Positions 9,130 through 18,631 of a stretch of DNA of 64,000 nucleotides are shown here, piece by piece (position 1 is the first letter of the stretch; each line of letters begins with the position of its first letter). Position numbers and translations under genes: made by a program. Location: assembly GCA_030429625.1 (NCBI GenBank), contig JAUIFA010000003.1, positions 108,898 to 172,897 of the forward strand, given 5' to 3'. The notes beneath the pieces are model-generated. The model searched no databases. It saw only the letters and a program-made list of their open reading frames with translations, and had not been told where the DNA came from. This DNA is from Alphaproteobacteria bacterium. GTDB lineage: Bacteria; Pseudomonadota; Alphaproteobacteria; Rickettsiales; UBA8987.

Positions 9130-9585
9130 TTATTGATAACTATCAATTGCGCCTTGTAGAATATAGGCGGCGGCCATCTTGTCGACCAATTCAGAGCGAC
9201 GTTTGCGTGAAACATCGGCTTCTAATAATGTGTCGGTAACGGCTACGGTGGAAAAACGTTCGTCCCAGAACGTAATAGGGATTTCGTATGTTTTAAGAAC
9301 ATTGCGGGCAAACTGGCGAACCGACTGGCATTTTGCACCTTCTGTGCCGTCTGTATTCAGTGGCAACCCAATGACCAAACCGCCAGCTTCTTGTTCTTCA
9401 ATAATAGCTATCAACTGTTCCAAATCGTTGGTAAATTTTGTGCGTTTGATGGTGTGTAACGGGGAGGCAATTTTTTGGCGGGCATCGCACACGGCAACCC
9501 CCAATGTTTTTGTGCCAACATCAAGCCCCAAAAGGCGTTTCTCGCCTATATGGCTAATAAATTCCTGATAAGAATGAATAATCAT
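9130..9585 (-). CDS. ruvX: Holliday junction resolvase-like protein RuvX/YqgF
   Basis: 151 aa. Motifs [17 protein letters not shown] and DERFSTV. The stop overlaps nothing, and the start abuts the pleD stop. Confidence 0.85.
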   Translation of the reverse strand: MIIHSYQEFISHIGEKRLLGLDVGTKTLGVAVCDARQKIASPLHTIKRTKFTNDLEQLIAIIEEQEAGGLVIGLPLNTDGTEGAKCQSVRQFARNVLKTYEIPITFWDERFSTVAVTDTLLEADVSRKRRSELVDKMAAAYILQGAIDSYQ

Positions 9586-10958
9586 TATGGAGAAACTATA
9601 ACTCGGTTACGGCCTTCATTTTTGGCGCGGAACAAAGCCTCATCAGCCCGTTTGAAAACCCCCTGCGCGTTGTCGCCTTCCAGCCGTATGGTTGAAACAC
9701 CAATACTCACAGTAATCATGGCTTCTCCTGGTTCAGCAGAAATTTTAAACGGTGTGTCCTTGGTACTTTTACGTGTTCGTTCAGCAATAATAACAGCGGT
9801 TTCCTGATTGGTGTTAGGCAGCACCACCACAAATTCTTCTCCACCAGGGCGGGTGGCAAGGTCGGTACTCCGAATACTGTTCATAATACGAGAGCCAATT
9901 TCTACCAGAACCTCATCCCCAATATCATGTCCCCAGCCCGGACGGTCGTTGACGGCTTTAAAGTGGTCAATGTCAATAATTATCAAGGAAAGAGGGCTTT
10001 GCCGTTCAATGGCTTCCTCAACCATATTCTGCAAGTGAACATCAAGATAGCGTCGGTTATAAAGCTTGGTTAGCGGATCCATAATCGCCGCAGAAAGACT
10101 TTCCTCATAATTCAGTCTCAAAGCGTCCTGATATTTCTTTCTTCTAAGCTGAGTATTCACGCGGGCAATAAGTTCGTTATTGTCCAATGGTGTCATAAGA
10201 TAATCGTCCACCCCAATTTCTAAACCTTTAATTAAAAGAGGTTTATCGTCTTCGTCCACCAATATTAGAATTGGCATGGAGCGTTTTTCTTCCTGCGCAC
10301 GCAGTTGCATGCTGATACGTAACCCGTCTTCTTCATCAAGCATTGTACTGATAATTGCCAGATCATAATGATTTTGTAAGGCCATGGACACAGCCTCTTC
10401 TGGTTCAACAATATGAACCGTATGTCCACGTTCTAATAGGGCTTCCTGCATGTTGCGTTGTTGTACAATGTCATCGTCAACGATAAGAATATTGCCGGTA
10501 ACCACTTCATTAGGCGAGAGGGGGGATTTTTCCATCATACCAAGTTGAGCGCCGGTCTTATCCCGCATTCTGAGTTCATCAAGCATAATTTTAACACGAA
10601 TCAGTGATTTGACACGCGCAAAGAGATGCACTTCATCAATTGGCTTGGTAATAAAGTCTGTTGCTCCCGCATCCAAGCCTTGAATTCTGTCTGAAAGTTC
10701 GCTCAATGCGGTGACCATCACCACCGGTATGTGGGCGGTTTCCGGATCTGCTTTGAGTCTACGACAGGTTTCAAACCCATCAAGCTCTGGCATCATCACA
10801 TCAAGCAGGATAATGTCAGGCTGGAATTCTTTTACTTTTTCCAGACACTCAATCCCACTAAAAGTAGGCATCACAGTATAATATTCGCTAGATAATTTAG
10901 CTTCTAACAGTCGTACATTCTGAACAACATCATCGACAACAAGCACTCTTCCAGTCAT
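9585..10958 (-). CDS. pleD: response regulator diguanylate cyclase (REC-REC-GGDEF)
   Basis: 457 aa. Two receiver domains, then a GGDEF domain with a GGEEF active site and an RSTD (RxxD) I-site 5 residues upstream. Lies downstream of divK, as in Caulobacter. Confidence 0.85.
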   Translation of the reverse strand: MTGRVLVVDDVVQNVRLLEAKLSSEYYTVMPTFSGIECLEKVKEFQPDIILLDVMMPELDGFETCRRLKADPETAHIPVVMVTALSELSDRIQGLDAGATDFITKPIDEVHLFARVKSLIRVKIMLDELRMRDKTGAQLGMMEKSPLSPNEVVTGNILIVDDDIVQQRNMQEALLERGHTVHIVEPEEAVSMALQNHYDLAIISTMLDEEDGLRISMQLRAQEEKRSMPILILVDEDDKPLLIKGLEIGVDDYLMTPLDNNELIARVNTQLRRKKYQDALRLNYEESLSAAIMDPLTKLYNRRYLDVHLQNMVEEAIERQSPLSLIIIDIDHFKAVNDRPGWGHDIGDEVLVEIGSRIMNSIRSTDLATRPGGEEFVVVLPNTNQETAVIIAERTRKSTKDTPFKISAEPGEAMITVSIGVSTIRLEGDNAQGVFKRADEALFRAKNEGRNRVIVSP

Positions 10959-10974
10959 TTTTTAAAAATTTCCT

Positions 10975-11355
10975 TTAGCATAAATGTTGTGAAACAGATC
11001 CCAAAAATGATTCGATAGAAATTGGCTTTGCCAGATAACCTTCACATCCGGCCGCCATAATTTTTTCTTCATCATCATGCATGGCAAAGGCAGTCACCGC
11101 AAGAATAGGAATATGCTTCAGGTCAGGTCGTGCCTTAATATTTTTTATAATATCAATACCAGAAATATGTGGCAACTGGATATCCATTATAACGAGATCA
11201 GGCTGTTCATCCGCCGTCATATCTTCGGCCTTTTCCCCATCTCTGGTTTTTACAACCCGATGTCCATGCGCCTCTAATAGGTCAGTAAAAAGCTTAAGAT
11301 TCAACTCGTTATCCTCAACAATAAGAATCTTTTTTCCGCTTTCTTTTTCTTCCAT
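10975..11355 (-). CDS. divK: single-domain response regulator DivK
   Basis: 126 aa, REC domain only (KILIVEDNELNLKLFTDLL, LVIMDIQLP). Immediately upstream of pleD. Confidence 0.8.
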   Translation of the reverse strand: MEEKESGKKILIVEDNELNLKLFTDLLEAHGHRVVKTRDGEKAEDMTADEQPDLVIMDIQLPHISGIDIIKNIKARPDLKHIPILAVTAFAMHDDEEKIMAAGCEGYLAKPISIESFLGSVSQHLC

Positions 11356-11461
11356 ATATTTTCTCTGACTATTTTATAAATAGATTTAGCTGGAACAGTA
11401 TATAGTAATTTTAACCTTTGATCAATATGTTAAGAATAATGAAAGATGAAACTAAATATCT

Positions 11462-11491
11462 TTGACAATTGTACATGATGTTATGTATGAT
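11462..11491 (+). promoter_or_regulatory. sigma-70-like promoter candidate for gapR
   Basis: TTGACA (11462-11467), an 18-nt spacer, then TATGAT (11486-11491). It sits 38 nt upstream of the preferred ATG. Confidence 0.4.
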
Positions 11492-11528
11492 CATTCCCTT
11501 TAATTCTAAACAGACAAAAGGGTATTCT

Positions 11529-11822
11529 ATGACAAAATTTGGTGGTATTTCAGGTGAACAACTTCGTCAATATGTGGAGCGTATTGAGCGCTTGGAAGAA
11601 GAAAAAAGGGACATAGCCGACAACATTCGGGATGCTTTTAGTGAAGCAAAATCTAATGGATTTGATGTTAAGGCAATGAGATCATTGCTTAAATTGCGTA
11701 AAATGGAAGAAAGCGACCGTAACGAGCAGGAGGCCGTGCTGGATTTGTACAAAGCAGCGCTGGGAATGATTCCAGAATTTGAATCGCGTAATGAACAGGA
11801 AAGCGAACAAGAGGCGGCATAA
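11529..11822 (+). CDS. gapR: GapR-like DUF2312 nucleoid-associated protein
   Basis: Close resemblance to Caulobacter GapR (QLRQYVERIERLEEEKRDIADNIRDAFSEAKSNGFDVKAMRSLLKLRK...AVLDLYKAALG). The internal ATG at 11529 is preferred over the track start 11469, which overlaps the promoter candidate. Confidence 0.8.
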   Translation: MTKFGGISGEQLRQYVERIERLEEEKRDIADNIRDAFSEAKSNGFDVKAMRSLLKLRKMEESDRNEQEAVLDLYKAALGMIPEFESRNEQESEQEAA

Positions 11823-11831
11823 TATGCGCCT

Positions 11832-11871
11832 ATAAAAGGAAAGAACCCCCACGCGTAATGCGCAGGGGTTC
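11832..11871 (-). terminator. rho-independent terminator candidate for 11894-12478
   Basis: 7-bp stem gaacccc / ggggttc (11843-11849 / 11865-11871). On the minus strand it is followed by TTTCCTTTTAT. Confidence 0.5.
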
Positions 11872-11893
11872 TATAGAATTCAGGGGTTCATGG

Positions 11894-12478
11894 CTATCCG
11901 AAGAAGATCTCCGGGTGCCAGAAGGTGAACCCAACCGTGGATGCTACCATAATAGCTGCCATGAGCCAAATATATCGTTGCATTCTAGGAGATTGAACGA
12001 TGTACATTTGGCGCTGTTGGAAGATTATTTCTTCGGTTATCACGGTGCTGGGGCGGTAAAATACCCCCCACAATACAGCAGCATTACAAATGCAACCAAC
12101 TCCCGCAAATAACGTAGAGCTAAGAGCAAGGAGGTGTAACAAGCTCTCAGAAGGATTCCTATGGATATGAAAAGCAAGATAGGCTGCAAAGATTGCACTT
12201 GCTATGTCATAAACCAATAAAATCCTAGCTTTTGCGATCAGCTCAGCAGAAGGAATAACTTCTTTGCCTTGCTGCCGCAATTCCCTCTGTACTCCCCACT
12301 CAATGATTCCTTGCATGATCAGCGCTCCAGGAAGCATCACCATGATAACAATTGCAGGTTTTACCTGGTAAAGCAGATGCGCAAAAACCACGAGCGATAA
12401 CACATGCGCAATGGGGTGCGTACGGATATTGTCCAGCCACACCTTTACGCCGCCGTTTGAGTTCGTCGTTGTAGTCAT
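11894..12478 (-). CDS. hypothetical integral membrane protein
   Basis: 194-aa ORF with 4-5 hydrophobic segments. No family recognised. Confidence 0.5.
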   Translation of the reverse strand: MTTTTNSNGGVKVWLDNIRTHPIAHVLSLVVFAHLLYQVKPAIVIMVMLPGALIMQGIIEWGVQRELRQQGKEVIPSAELIAKARILLVYDIASAIFAAYLAFHIHRNPSESLLHLLALSSTLFAGVGCICNAAVLWGVFYRPSTVITEEIIFQQRQMYIVQSPRMQRYIWLMAAIMVASTVGFTFWHPEIFFG

Positions 12479-12640
12479 GGGATAAACCCTTTCATTTGGT
12501 CAGAGAATCTTTTAAAATCTCTATACAAAACATGCCCACGCATGAGAGTATAGAAAAACCTAAAGACCCTCAATTAGTGAGTTGTTTTGAAAAATCCTCT
12601 GTATTTTAAGAGTTATTGAGATAAAGTCAAGATGCAGACA

Positions 12641-13522
12641 TTAACCGGCCATGCTACCAGAAATACGTGCAACCGACTGCTGCAATTTTTCCATAGCCCG
12701 ATTTTCAATCTGCCGGATACGCTCTTTTGATACGTTATAAACTTGGCTAAGATCCTCCAGTGTCACGGGAGGTTCAATCATCTTACGTTTTTTGATGATA
12801 TCTTGTTCACGCTCATTGAGCTCAGACATGGCTTTGGAAAGAATATCACGTTGAAGGGAAAGCTCTTGATTCTCAGCAACAATAATTTCCTGACTGTCAC
12901 GCTCATCCGCCAAATAATCTCCAAATTCAGCGCTGCCTTCTTCGTCACTCACGGTCATATTTAACGACACATCATTAGCATGAAGCCGTTGATCCATCTC
13001 AATGATGTCCCGTTCAGTCACAGCAAAATCATCGGCAAGATCTTTAATTTCAGAAGGTAGCAAACTACGACTATCTGCGCCTGTGATGCGGGATTTAATT
13101 TTCTTTAGATTATAGAACAATTTTTTCTGCGCAGCAGTAGTGCCCATCTTGACCAAAGACCAAGAGCGTAATACATATTCATTAATCGCCGCTTTTATCC
13201 ACCACATTGCGTAAGTAGAAAGACGGAAGCCCTTATCTGGATCAAAGCGTTTGACCGCCTGCATGAGGCCAATATTTCCCTCAGCAATAATATCAGTTAC
13301 CGGAAGGCCATAGCCACGAAAATGCATTGCCACCTTTACGACAAGGCGCAAATGGCTGGTTACCAACTTATGCGCGGCTTCAACATCTTCATTTTCTATC
13401 CATTTATTAGCCAGTTCAACTTCCTCTTCCTGTGAAAGGATAGGGAATTTTTTAACGGATTCGATGTAATGACTTAATCCGCCATCGGCTAAACTTGGTA
13501 ATGTGTTATTATAATTTGCCAT
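12641..13522 (-). CDS. rpoH: RNA polymerase sigma-32 (heat-shock sigma factor)
   Basis: 293 aa. Sigma-70 regions 2-4 and an RpoH-box-like AQKKLFYNLKK. Also contains STYAMWWIKAAI. Confidence 0.9.
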   Translation of the reverse strand: MANYNNTLPSLADGGLSHYIESVKKFPILSQEEEVELANKWIENEDVEAAHKLVTSHLRLVVKVAMHFRGYGLPVTDIIAEGNIGLMQAVKRFDPDKGFRLSTYAMWWIKAAINEYVLRSWSLVKMGTTAAQKKLFYNLKKIKSRITGADSRSLLPSEIKDLADDFAVTERDIIEMDQRLHANDVSLNMTVSDEEGSAEFGDYLADERDSQEIIVAENQELSLQRDILSKAMSELNEREQDIIKKRKMIEPPVTLEDLSQVYNVSKERIRQIENRAMEKLQQSVARISGSMAG

Positions 13523-13692
13523 AATTACTACAACATTTAATCTCCCTTCTGGGGCAGAATTATAGAATAATATTTCAGAAATAGCAAGTTATAGATGCAA
13601 TAAAAAATATTTTTATAATAAATAAAATTGCCTATAACCTAGTTTTGCAGTATAGTACTGAGCATCAATAATTTAGTTTATTATGGGCTGAT

Positions 13693-13935
13693 ATGACGGG
13701 TTCTTTAGAAGAAACAAGAGAGCATGCGTTTGCGTGGTATATTGAAAGAAATGAGATGAAGCCACAGGAGAGAATTCAGTTTATGGCCAGAGTCATGGAT
13801 GATGAAGGTAAAATGATGGCGATTATTAAGCAATATCGGGAATATCTCAGATCACCTGAAGGCATAAGAGAACAACAGGAGCAGGATGATCTGCTTTTAG
13901 GTAGAAATTCTGATGATCCGACCAGGGGGCGTTAA
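13693..13935 (+). CDS. hypothetical small protein
   Basis: 80-aa ORF in an otherwise empty 500-bp gap. No motif recognised. Confidence 0.35.
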   Translation: MTGSLEETREHAFAWYIERNEMKPQERIQFMARVMDDEGKMMAIIKQYREYLRSPEGIREQQEQDDLLLGRNSDDPTRGR

Positions 13936-14020
13936 AGTCATTTTTTACTTGCCATGGGAATAAAAATCCCTTATCTCACCCGCACATTAAAAAATTTTAT
14001 GTGATTTTAAGGGAAAGAAT

Positions 14021-14443
14021 ATGGCTATTGAACGTACTTTATCTATCATCAAACCAGATGCCACCAAACGCAACATAACCGGTGCTATAAATGCACGTTT
14101 TGAAGAAAATGGTCTACGTATTGTGGCTCAGAAACGTATCCATCTCAGTCGTCGTGAAGCAGGCTTGTTTTATGACATACACAGAGAGCGTCCTTTCTTT
14201 GAAGAGCTTGTTGAATTTATGGTGTCTGAGCCAGTGGTGGTACAAGTGCTTGAAGGCGAAAATGCCGTGGCAAAAAACCGTGAAGTAATGGGAGCAACGA
14301 ATCCTGAAGATGCTGCCGAAGGTACCATCCGTAAAGACTTTGCTTTGAGTATCGGTGAAAATTCGGTTCATGGTTCTGACAGTCTAGAAAATGCTAAGAA
14401 TGAAATTAGCTTTTTCTTTTCCGGTTGTGAGATTGTCGGCTAA
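14021..14443 (+). CDS. ndk: nucleoside diphosphate kinase
   Basis: 140 aa. Motifs [11 protein letters not shown] and NSVHGSDS (active-site His). Confidence 0.95.
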   Translation: MAIERTLSIIKPDATKRNITGAINARFEENGLRIVAQKRIHLSRREAGLFYDIHRERPFFEELVEFMVSEPVVVQVLEGENAVAKNREVMGATNPEDAAEGTIRKDFALSIGENSVHGSDSLENAKNEISFFFSGCEIVG

Positions 14444-14474
14444 GAAATTTTAGCAAAACATTTAATATAATAAG

Positions 14475-14505
14475 AGGCTGCCTTATTTCTAAGGTAGCCT
14501 TTTTT
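14475..14505 (+). terminator. rho-independent terminator after ndk
   Basis: Stem aggctgcctta / taaggtagcct (11 bp, one G-U pair), loop tttc, then TTTTT. Confidence 0.7.
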
Positions 14506-14722
14506 ATGTCTTTCACACCTAGGAGCGTGTAAATGCGGAAATATATTCCGCTCCGTTTCATTAATGCGGAAGTTCTTGCCGTCACCTCTGTGGATAACCC
14601 TCATAACCACCTGATATATAACATCTATTTTTTGGCATGCTAATTGCATATATGTTATCCGTTAAATGCAATTGAAAATTTATCATGTGTAATTTTGATA
14701 ATAAGTGTAAAGGAAAATAAAA

Positions 14723-17170
14723 ATGAGACAAGTTGCTTACGTAGATGAAAGAGGGATTGTGGATCAACAGAATAATTCCGATAATGGTGGTGTAACAGAC
14801 GGTCATTTAATGACGCGTATTTCCACTATGAGAGATTTAATAGAAAACCCTAATCTTCAAATTGGAAATAGAACGCACATACTCGAAACAATTAACCATG
14901 CGCTTGATGTCTCGGGCATTGTTCGTAATGTTGGAGAAAATCCTAACATCGTAGAAGTCAGGCTAGTAGAAGGTGGTACAGAAGAAAATCTGGGCAACCA
15001 TGGTTCCGAAGGTGGGGAAGAAGGAGGAGAGAATATTCACCCTGGTTATTGGAATGGTACTGACGGAGATGATACATATTACTGTTCTGACAGCAATACA
15101 TGTTTTGATGGTATTGGCGGCAATGACTCTTTAACCGCTATGGGTGAGAATTCCACTCTTATTGGTGGTTTAGGGGATGATGTGTTGCTTGCGGCAGATG
15201 GTCGTATTATTGATGGCGGCGAAGGTAATGATCTCATTGGAGGCGTTGGCAGTGGTGCAACAATTATCAGCGGTAGCGGAGACGATACAGTATATTATTT
15301 TTCCGGTCTTAGCTCCGATGAAGGCTATGTAGGCGCAGCGGTGATCGATGGCGGCGATGGTGATGATGAAATTTACGGATATGGCAGTGATAATTCTATC
15401 ATTGGTGGTGCAGGAGATGATAAATTACATATTGCTGCGGTTTCTGACCATATTGTCCGTGGCGATGTTGATGGCGGTGATGGAAACGATGAAATTACCG
15501 GTGGTAATGGGGATGATAGACTCTATGGCAATGCGGGTAGTGATACTATTTATGGCAATGCGGGTAATGATTATATCAGTGGAGATGGCACCACACTTGT
15601 TGCCAGCACAGTGAATGGAAAAATAGAACAAGCCGAAGGAGTGGTAAATAGTCTTTCAGGTTCAGGCGGCTCGTTGGTGTCCCAAGCAGGCATAGGCAGA
15701 GGCTCATCAGAACCAACAGGCAGAGCAGAGACATCCAACGGTGACATAACAGCACAAACCAGTAACCATGCTAGTTCTCAAGAAAATGTTTCACAAGCAA
15801 AGGACACTGGAAATAGTGGTGGTAGGTCTATAAACGCTACATATGATGATGTGATCTATGCTGGCGAAGGTAATGACACTGTTGATGGCGGCTTGGGAGA
15901 AGATAAGCTCTTTGGTGAGGCAGGTAATGACCGTTTGTATGGCGGCGATGGTGCGGATAAATTAGACGGTGGTGCTGGTGCGGACTATATTGATGGCGGT
16001 GAAGGCATAGACTATTTATATTATACTGGTTCATCTGAAGGTGTGTATCTGAATTTACTAAATAACTATAATAACCATGGCGGAGATGCTCAGGGTGATT
16101 ATGTTATTAATGTTGAGTATGTGACAGGCTCTGCTCACAATGATACACTTAAAGGAACACATGGTGAAGAAACGCTTTCAGGTGGTGCTGGTGATGATTG
16201 GATCTATGGTAATGGCGGTGCTGATGTTATACATGGCGGCGCTGGTAATGATGCTCTAAAAGGTGGTGCTGGGGATGACTATATTACTGGTGGCGCTGGG
16301 CGCAATCGTTTAGATGGTCATGGCGGCAATGATACACTCATTGGCGGTGATGAGCGCGACGTACTATATGGCGGTGCTGGTGATGATGTTATTCATACAG
16401 GCAATGGCGATAATGGTGTAATTGGTGGCGATGGAGATGATACTGTCTATGGTGGTAATAATACCGACCATATTAACGGCGGTGCTGGCGCGGACTATAT
16501 TGATGGTGGTGCAGGCATTGATCGGGTGTTTTATACACAATCCAATGCAGCAGTAAACGTTAATTTAATTACCAACAACAATCACGGCGGTGATGCTGAA
16601 GGTGATGTGCTTACCAATGTTGAATTTGTTGGTGGTTCAAATTATGACGATACCATTAAAGCCTCACAGTTTGGTGATGATACCATCCGTGGCAATATGG
16701 GTGATGATTCCATCCGTGGTGGTGCTGGTGATAATAACCTAATTGGTGATTATGGTGATGATACCATCAAAGGTCACAAAGGCAATGACATACTTGAAGG
16801 TGCTCAAGGTAATGATATTATCAAAGGTGGAAAAGGATCAGACATTATCGATGGTGGTGAAGGAGACGATAGAATTTTTGGTAACCTTGGTGCTGATACG
16901 TTAACGGGTGGTCAAGGTGCAGATGTGTTTGTTTTTAAAGCAGGGCATTCAACCATGGCAACATGGGATGTTATTACGGATTTTGAGCAGGGGGTTGATC
17001 TCATTGATATTCATACGCTTGGCTATGAATCAATTGCTGACTTCTCACTCATAACCTCTACATTATCGTCTGGTGCTATCACAACGTACCTATTCGATGC
17101 TGAATCTGATCTTAAAATAGCATTTGATGGGGTGGGTGCTTTGACGGATGCGGATTTTATCTTTAGTTAA
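14723..17170 (+). CDS. RTX (hemolysin-type calcium-binding repeat) protein, probable T1SS substrate
   Basis: 815 aa. Dozens of GGxGxDxL/I nonapeptides fall in two blocks, separated by a Ser/Gly/Gln-rich linker. Two copies of a GGAGADYIDGG...NNHGGDA.GD...NVE.V.GS module. C-terminal end GADVFVFK...DADFIFS. Confidence 0.85.
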   Translation: MRQVAYVDERGIVDQQNNSDNGGVTDGHLMTRISTMRDLIENPNLQIGNRTHILETINHALDVSGIVRNVGENPNIVEVRLVEGGTEENLGNHGSEGGEEGGENIHPGYWNGTDGDDTYYCSDSNTCFDGIGGNDSLTAMGENSTLIGGLGDDVLLAADGRIIDGGEGNDLIGGVGSGATIISGSGDDTVYYFSGLSSDEGYVGAAVIDGGDGDDEIYGYGSDNSIIGGAGDDKLHIAAVSDHIVRGDVDGGDGNDEITGGNGDDRLYGNAGSDTIYGNAGNDYISGDGTTLVASTVNGKIEQAEGVVNSLSGSGGSLVSQAGIGRGSSEPTGRAETSNGDITAQTSNHASSQENVSQAKDTGNSGGRSINATYDDVIYAGEGNDTVDGGLGEDKLFGEAGNDRLYGGDGADKLDGGAGADYIDGGEGIDYLYYTGSSEGVYLNLLNNYNNHGGDAQGDYVINVEYVTGSAHNDTLKGTHGEETLSGGAGDDWIYGNGGADVIHGGAGNDALKGGAGDDYITGGAGRNRLDGHGGNDTLIGGDERDVLYGGAGDDVIHTGNGDNGVIGGDGDDTVYGGNNTDHINGGAGADYIDGGAGIDRVFYTQSNAAVNVNLITNNNHGGDAEGDVLTNVEFVGGSNYDDTIKASQFGDDTIRGNMGDDSIRGGAGDNNLIGDYGDDTIKGHKGNDILEGAQGNDIIKGGKGSDIIDGGEGDDRIFGNLGADTLTGGQGADVFVFKAGHSTMATWDVITDFEQGVDLIDIHTLGYESIADFSLITSTLSSGAITTYLFDAESDLKIAFDGVGALTDADFIFS

Positions 17171-17193
17171 TAAATGCATAAGGTTAAAAATAA

Positions 17194-17219
17194 AAGGGTG
17201 TCATTTGGCACCCTTTTTT
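17194..17219 (+). terminator. rho-independent terminator candidate after RTX gene
   Basis: Stem gggtgtc / ggcaccc (one G-U pair), loop attt, then TTTTTT. Confidence 0.65.
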
Positions 17220-17261
17220 GCTATTATAAGCCAAATTATATGTGATGACAGAGGAATAGGT

Positions 17262-18023
17262 ATGAAGCCACAAAAAGGTTTCTCAATGATAGAAATAGCC
17301 GTAGTGCTGGTGGTCATTGGGATGATCGTCGCCGGAATTACTGCCGGCAGGAAGATGATTCACCAATCCCGTCTTAATGGGGTGATGTCAGATTTTAACA
17401 TGTATCAGACAGCAATTAACAACTTTTCTATGCAATACGATGCGCTTCCCGGAGATATGACCAACGCATCAAGCTATTGGCCGGGGGTGGCCAGTAACAA
17501 TGGCAATGGCAACAAATTTGTGGCCTCCATTGCGCCTTCTACGTTAGTAGAGTCTTTAGATTTTTACCAGCATTTGGCGCTGGCGGGGTTGATTGAAGGC
17601 AGTTACGATGGATACATAGATTTAACAACTCCGGTTGTGGTAGGGACAAATGTTCCAGCCTCCTCCATTGAGGGGGCGGTGTTTTTCCCTTGGAGTCATC
17701 AACGAAATGCAGTAAGTAGCCTATGGACCGCCGGTTTTGGAATAGGTGGTTATGCTGCTCCGGAAGAAAACTTTATCGTGTTAGGTGGAGAAACGGGTGG
17801 GTGGCCAGTTTATGGAGCGTTAACACCAGAAGACGCAAAATCCATTGATAAAAAGATGGACGATGCCATGCCGGGGGACGGTAAAATTGTGGGGGCCCCT
17901 GGTGCAACTCCTCCTTACGAATGTGCTACTAGCCATGCATCAGGTGATATTTTGACGGCGACATATAACGTATCAAACCAAGATAAAGACTGCCAACTAG
18001 GGTTTGTCTTGGAATATAATTAA
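17262..18023 (+). CDS. prepilin-type N-terminal cleavage/methylation domain protein (fifth paralog of the 39.2-42.2 kb family)
   Basis: The ATG at 17262 gives MKPQKG|FSMIEIAVVLVVIGMIVAG, a class III signal with Glu+5. Shares the family blocks F..QYDALPGD, YWPG..., HLALAGLIEGSY and a C-terminal Cys pair. The track start 17148 overlaps the upstream gene and terminator. Confidence 0.75.
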   Translation: MKPQKGFSMIEIAVVLVVIGMIVAGITAGRKMIHQSRLNGVMSDFNMYQTAINNFSMQYDALPGDMTNASSYWPGVASNNGNGNKFVASIAPSTLVESLDFYQHLALAGLIEGSYDGYIDLTTPVVVGTNVPASSIEGAVFFPWSHQRNAVSSLWTAGFGIGGYAAPEENFIVLGGETGGWPVYGALTPEDAKSIDKKMDDAMPGDGKIVGAPGATPPYECATSHASGDILTATYNVSNQDKDCQLGFVLEYN

Positions 18024-18631
18024 TCTTCAATGATGGTTTTGTAACCATCAATGACCACTTTTTCTTCCGCAATCAGCCGTACCGCTTCTGGGTAGGCAAG
18101 ATGTTCTTGTTCCAAAACGCGAGCGGCCAAAGCATCCCGGTCATCATCGTTTAGAACCGGCACAGTGCGTTGAAGAATAATCGGGCCAGAATCCATCTCG
18201 GTACTGACAAAATGCACCGTACAGCCGCTGATTTTTACCCCATAAGCCACCGCATCACTGTTCGCATCCGCCCCTTTAAAAGCAGGGAGTAGGGAAGGAT
18301 GAATATTAATCATCTTACCAAACCATTTGGTGACAAATTCATCGCTTAGCAGGCGCATAAACCCAGCAAGGCAGATTAACTCTACGCCATATGAGGATAT
18401 TTCTTTATCCATCTGTGCGTCGAATTTCTCCCTGCTAGAAAAATCCTTATGATTAATTATCTTGGTAGGGATATGTGCTTCTTCCGCCCTTTTCAAACCA
18501 TAAGCATCAGTTCTATTCGAAATCACCAGTGCAATTTCTGCTGGATAGTCCGGTTGTTTACAGGCATCAATCAAGGCTTGCAAATTAGTGCCGCCACCGG
18601 AAATCAATACCGCTATTTTCAGCTTAGACAT
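18020..18631 (-). CDS. purN: phosphoribosylglycinamide formyltransferase
   Basis: Motifs MSKLKIAVLISGGGTNLQALIDA and NIHPSLLPAFKG. The ATG at 18631 overlaps the purM stop by 8 nt. The track start 18688 lies inside purM. Confidence 0.9.
   Translation of the reverse strand: MSKLKIAVLISGGGTNLQALIDACKQPDYPAEIALVISNRTDAYGLKRAEEAHIPTKIINHKDFSSREKFDAQMDKEISSYGVELICLAGFMRLLSDEFVTKWFGKMINIHPSLLPAFKGADANSDAVAYGVKISGCTVHFVSTEMDSGPIILQRTVPVLNDDDRDALAARVLEQEHLAYPEAVRLIAEEKVVIDGYKTIIED

Noticed and set aside
14532-14571. 9-bp direct repeat AATGCGGAA (14532 and 14563) and a GCGGAA/TTCCGC hairpin upstream of the RTX gene, considered as a regulatory element or small RNA
   Set aside because: The elements are too short to distinguish from chance in a 279-bp AT-rich intergenic region. 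There is no flanking promoter/terminator pair to define an sRNA.
17148-17261. Long N-terminal extensions of track ORFs. These are 17148, 18688, 23202, 28932, 40748, 42384, 43929, 44728, 53441 and 63211, plus 11469 for gapR.
   Set aside because: In each case the extension overlaps a neighbouring gene, terminator or repeat and precedes a conserved family N-terminus that has its own ATG and, usually, an SD sequence. The internal starts were used instead.
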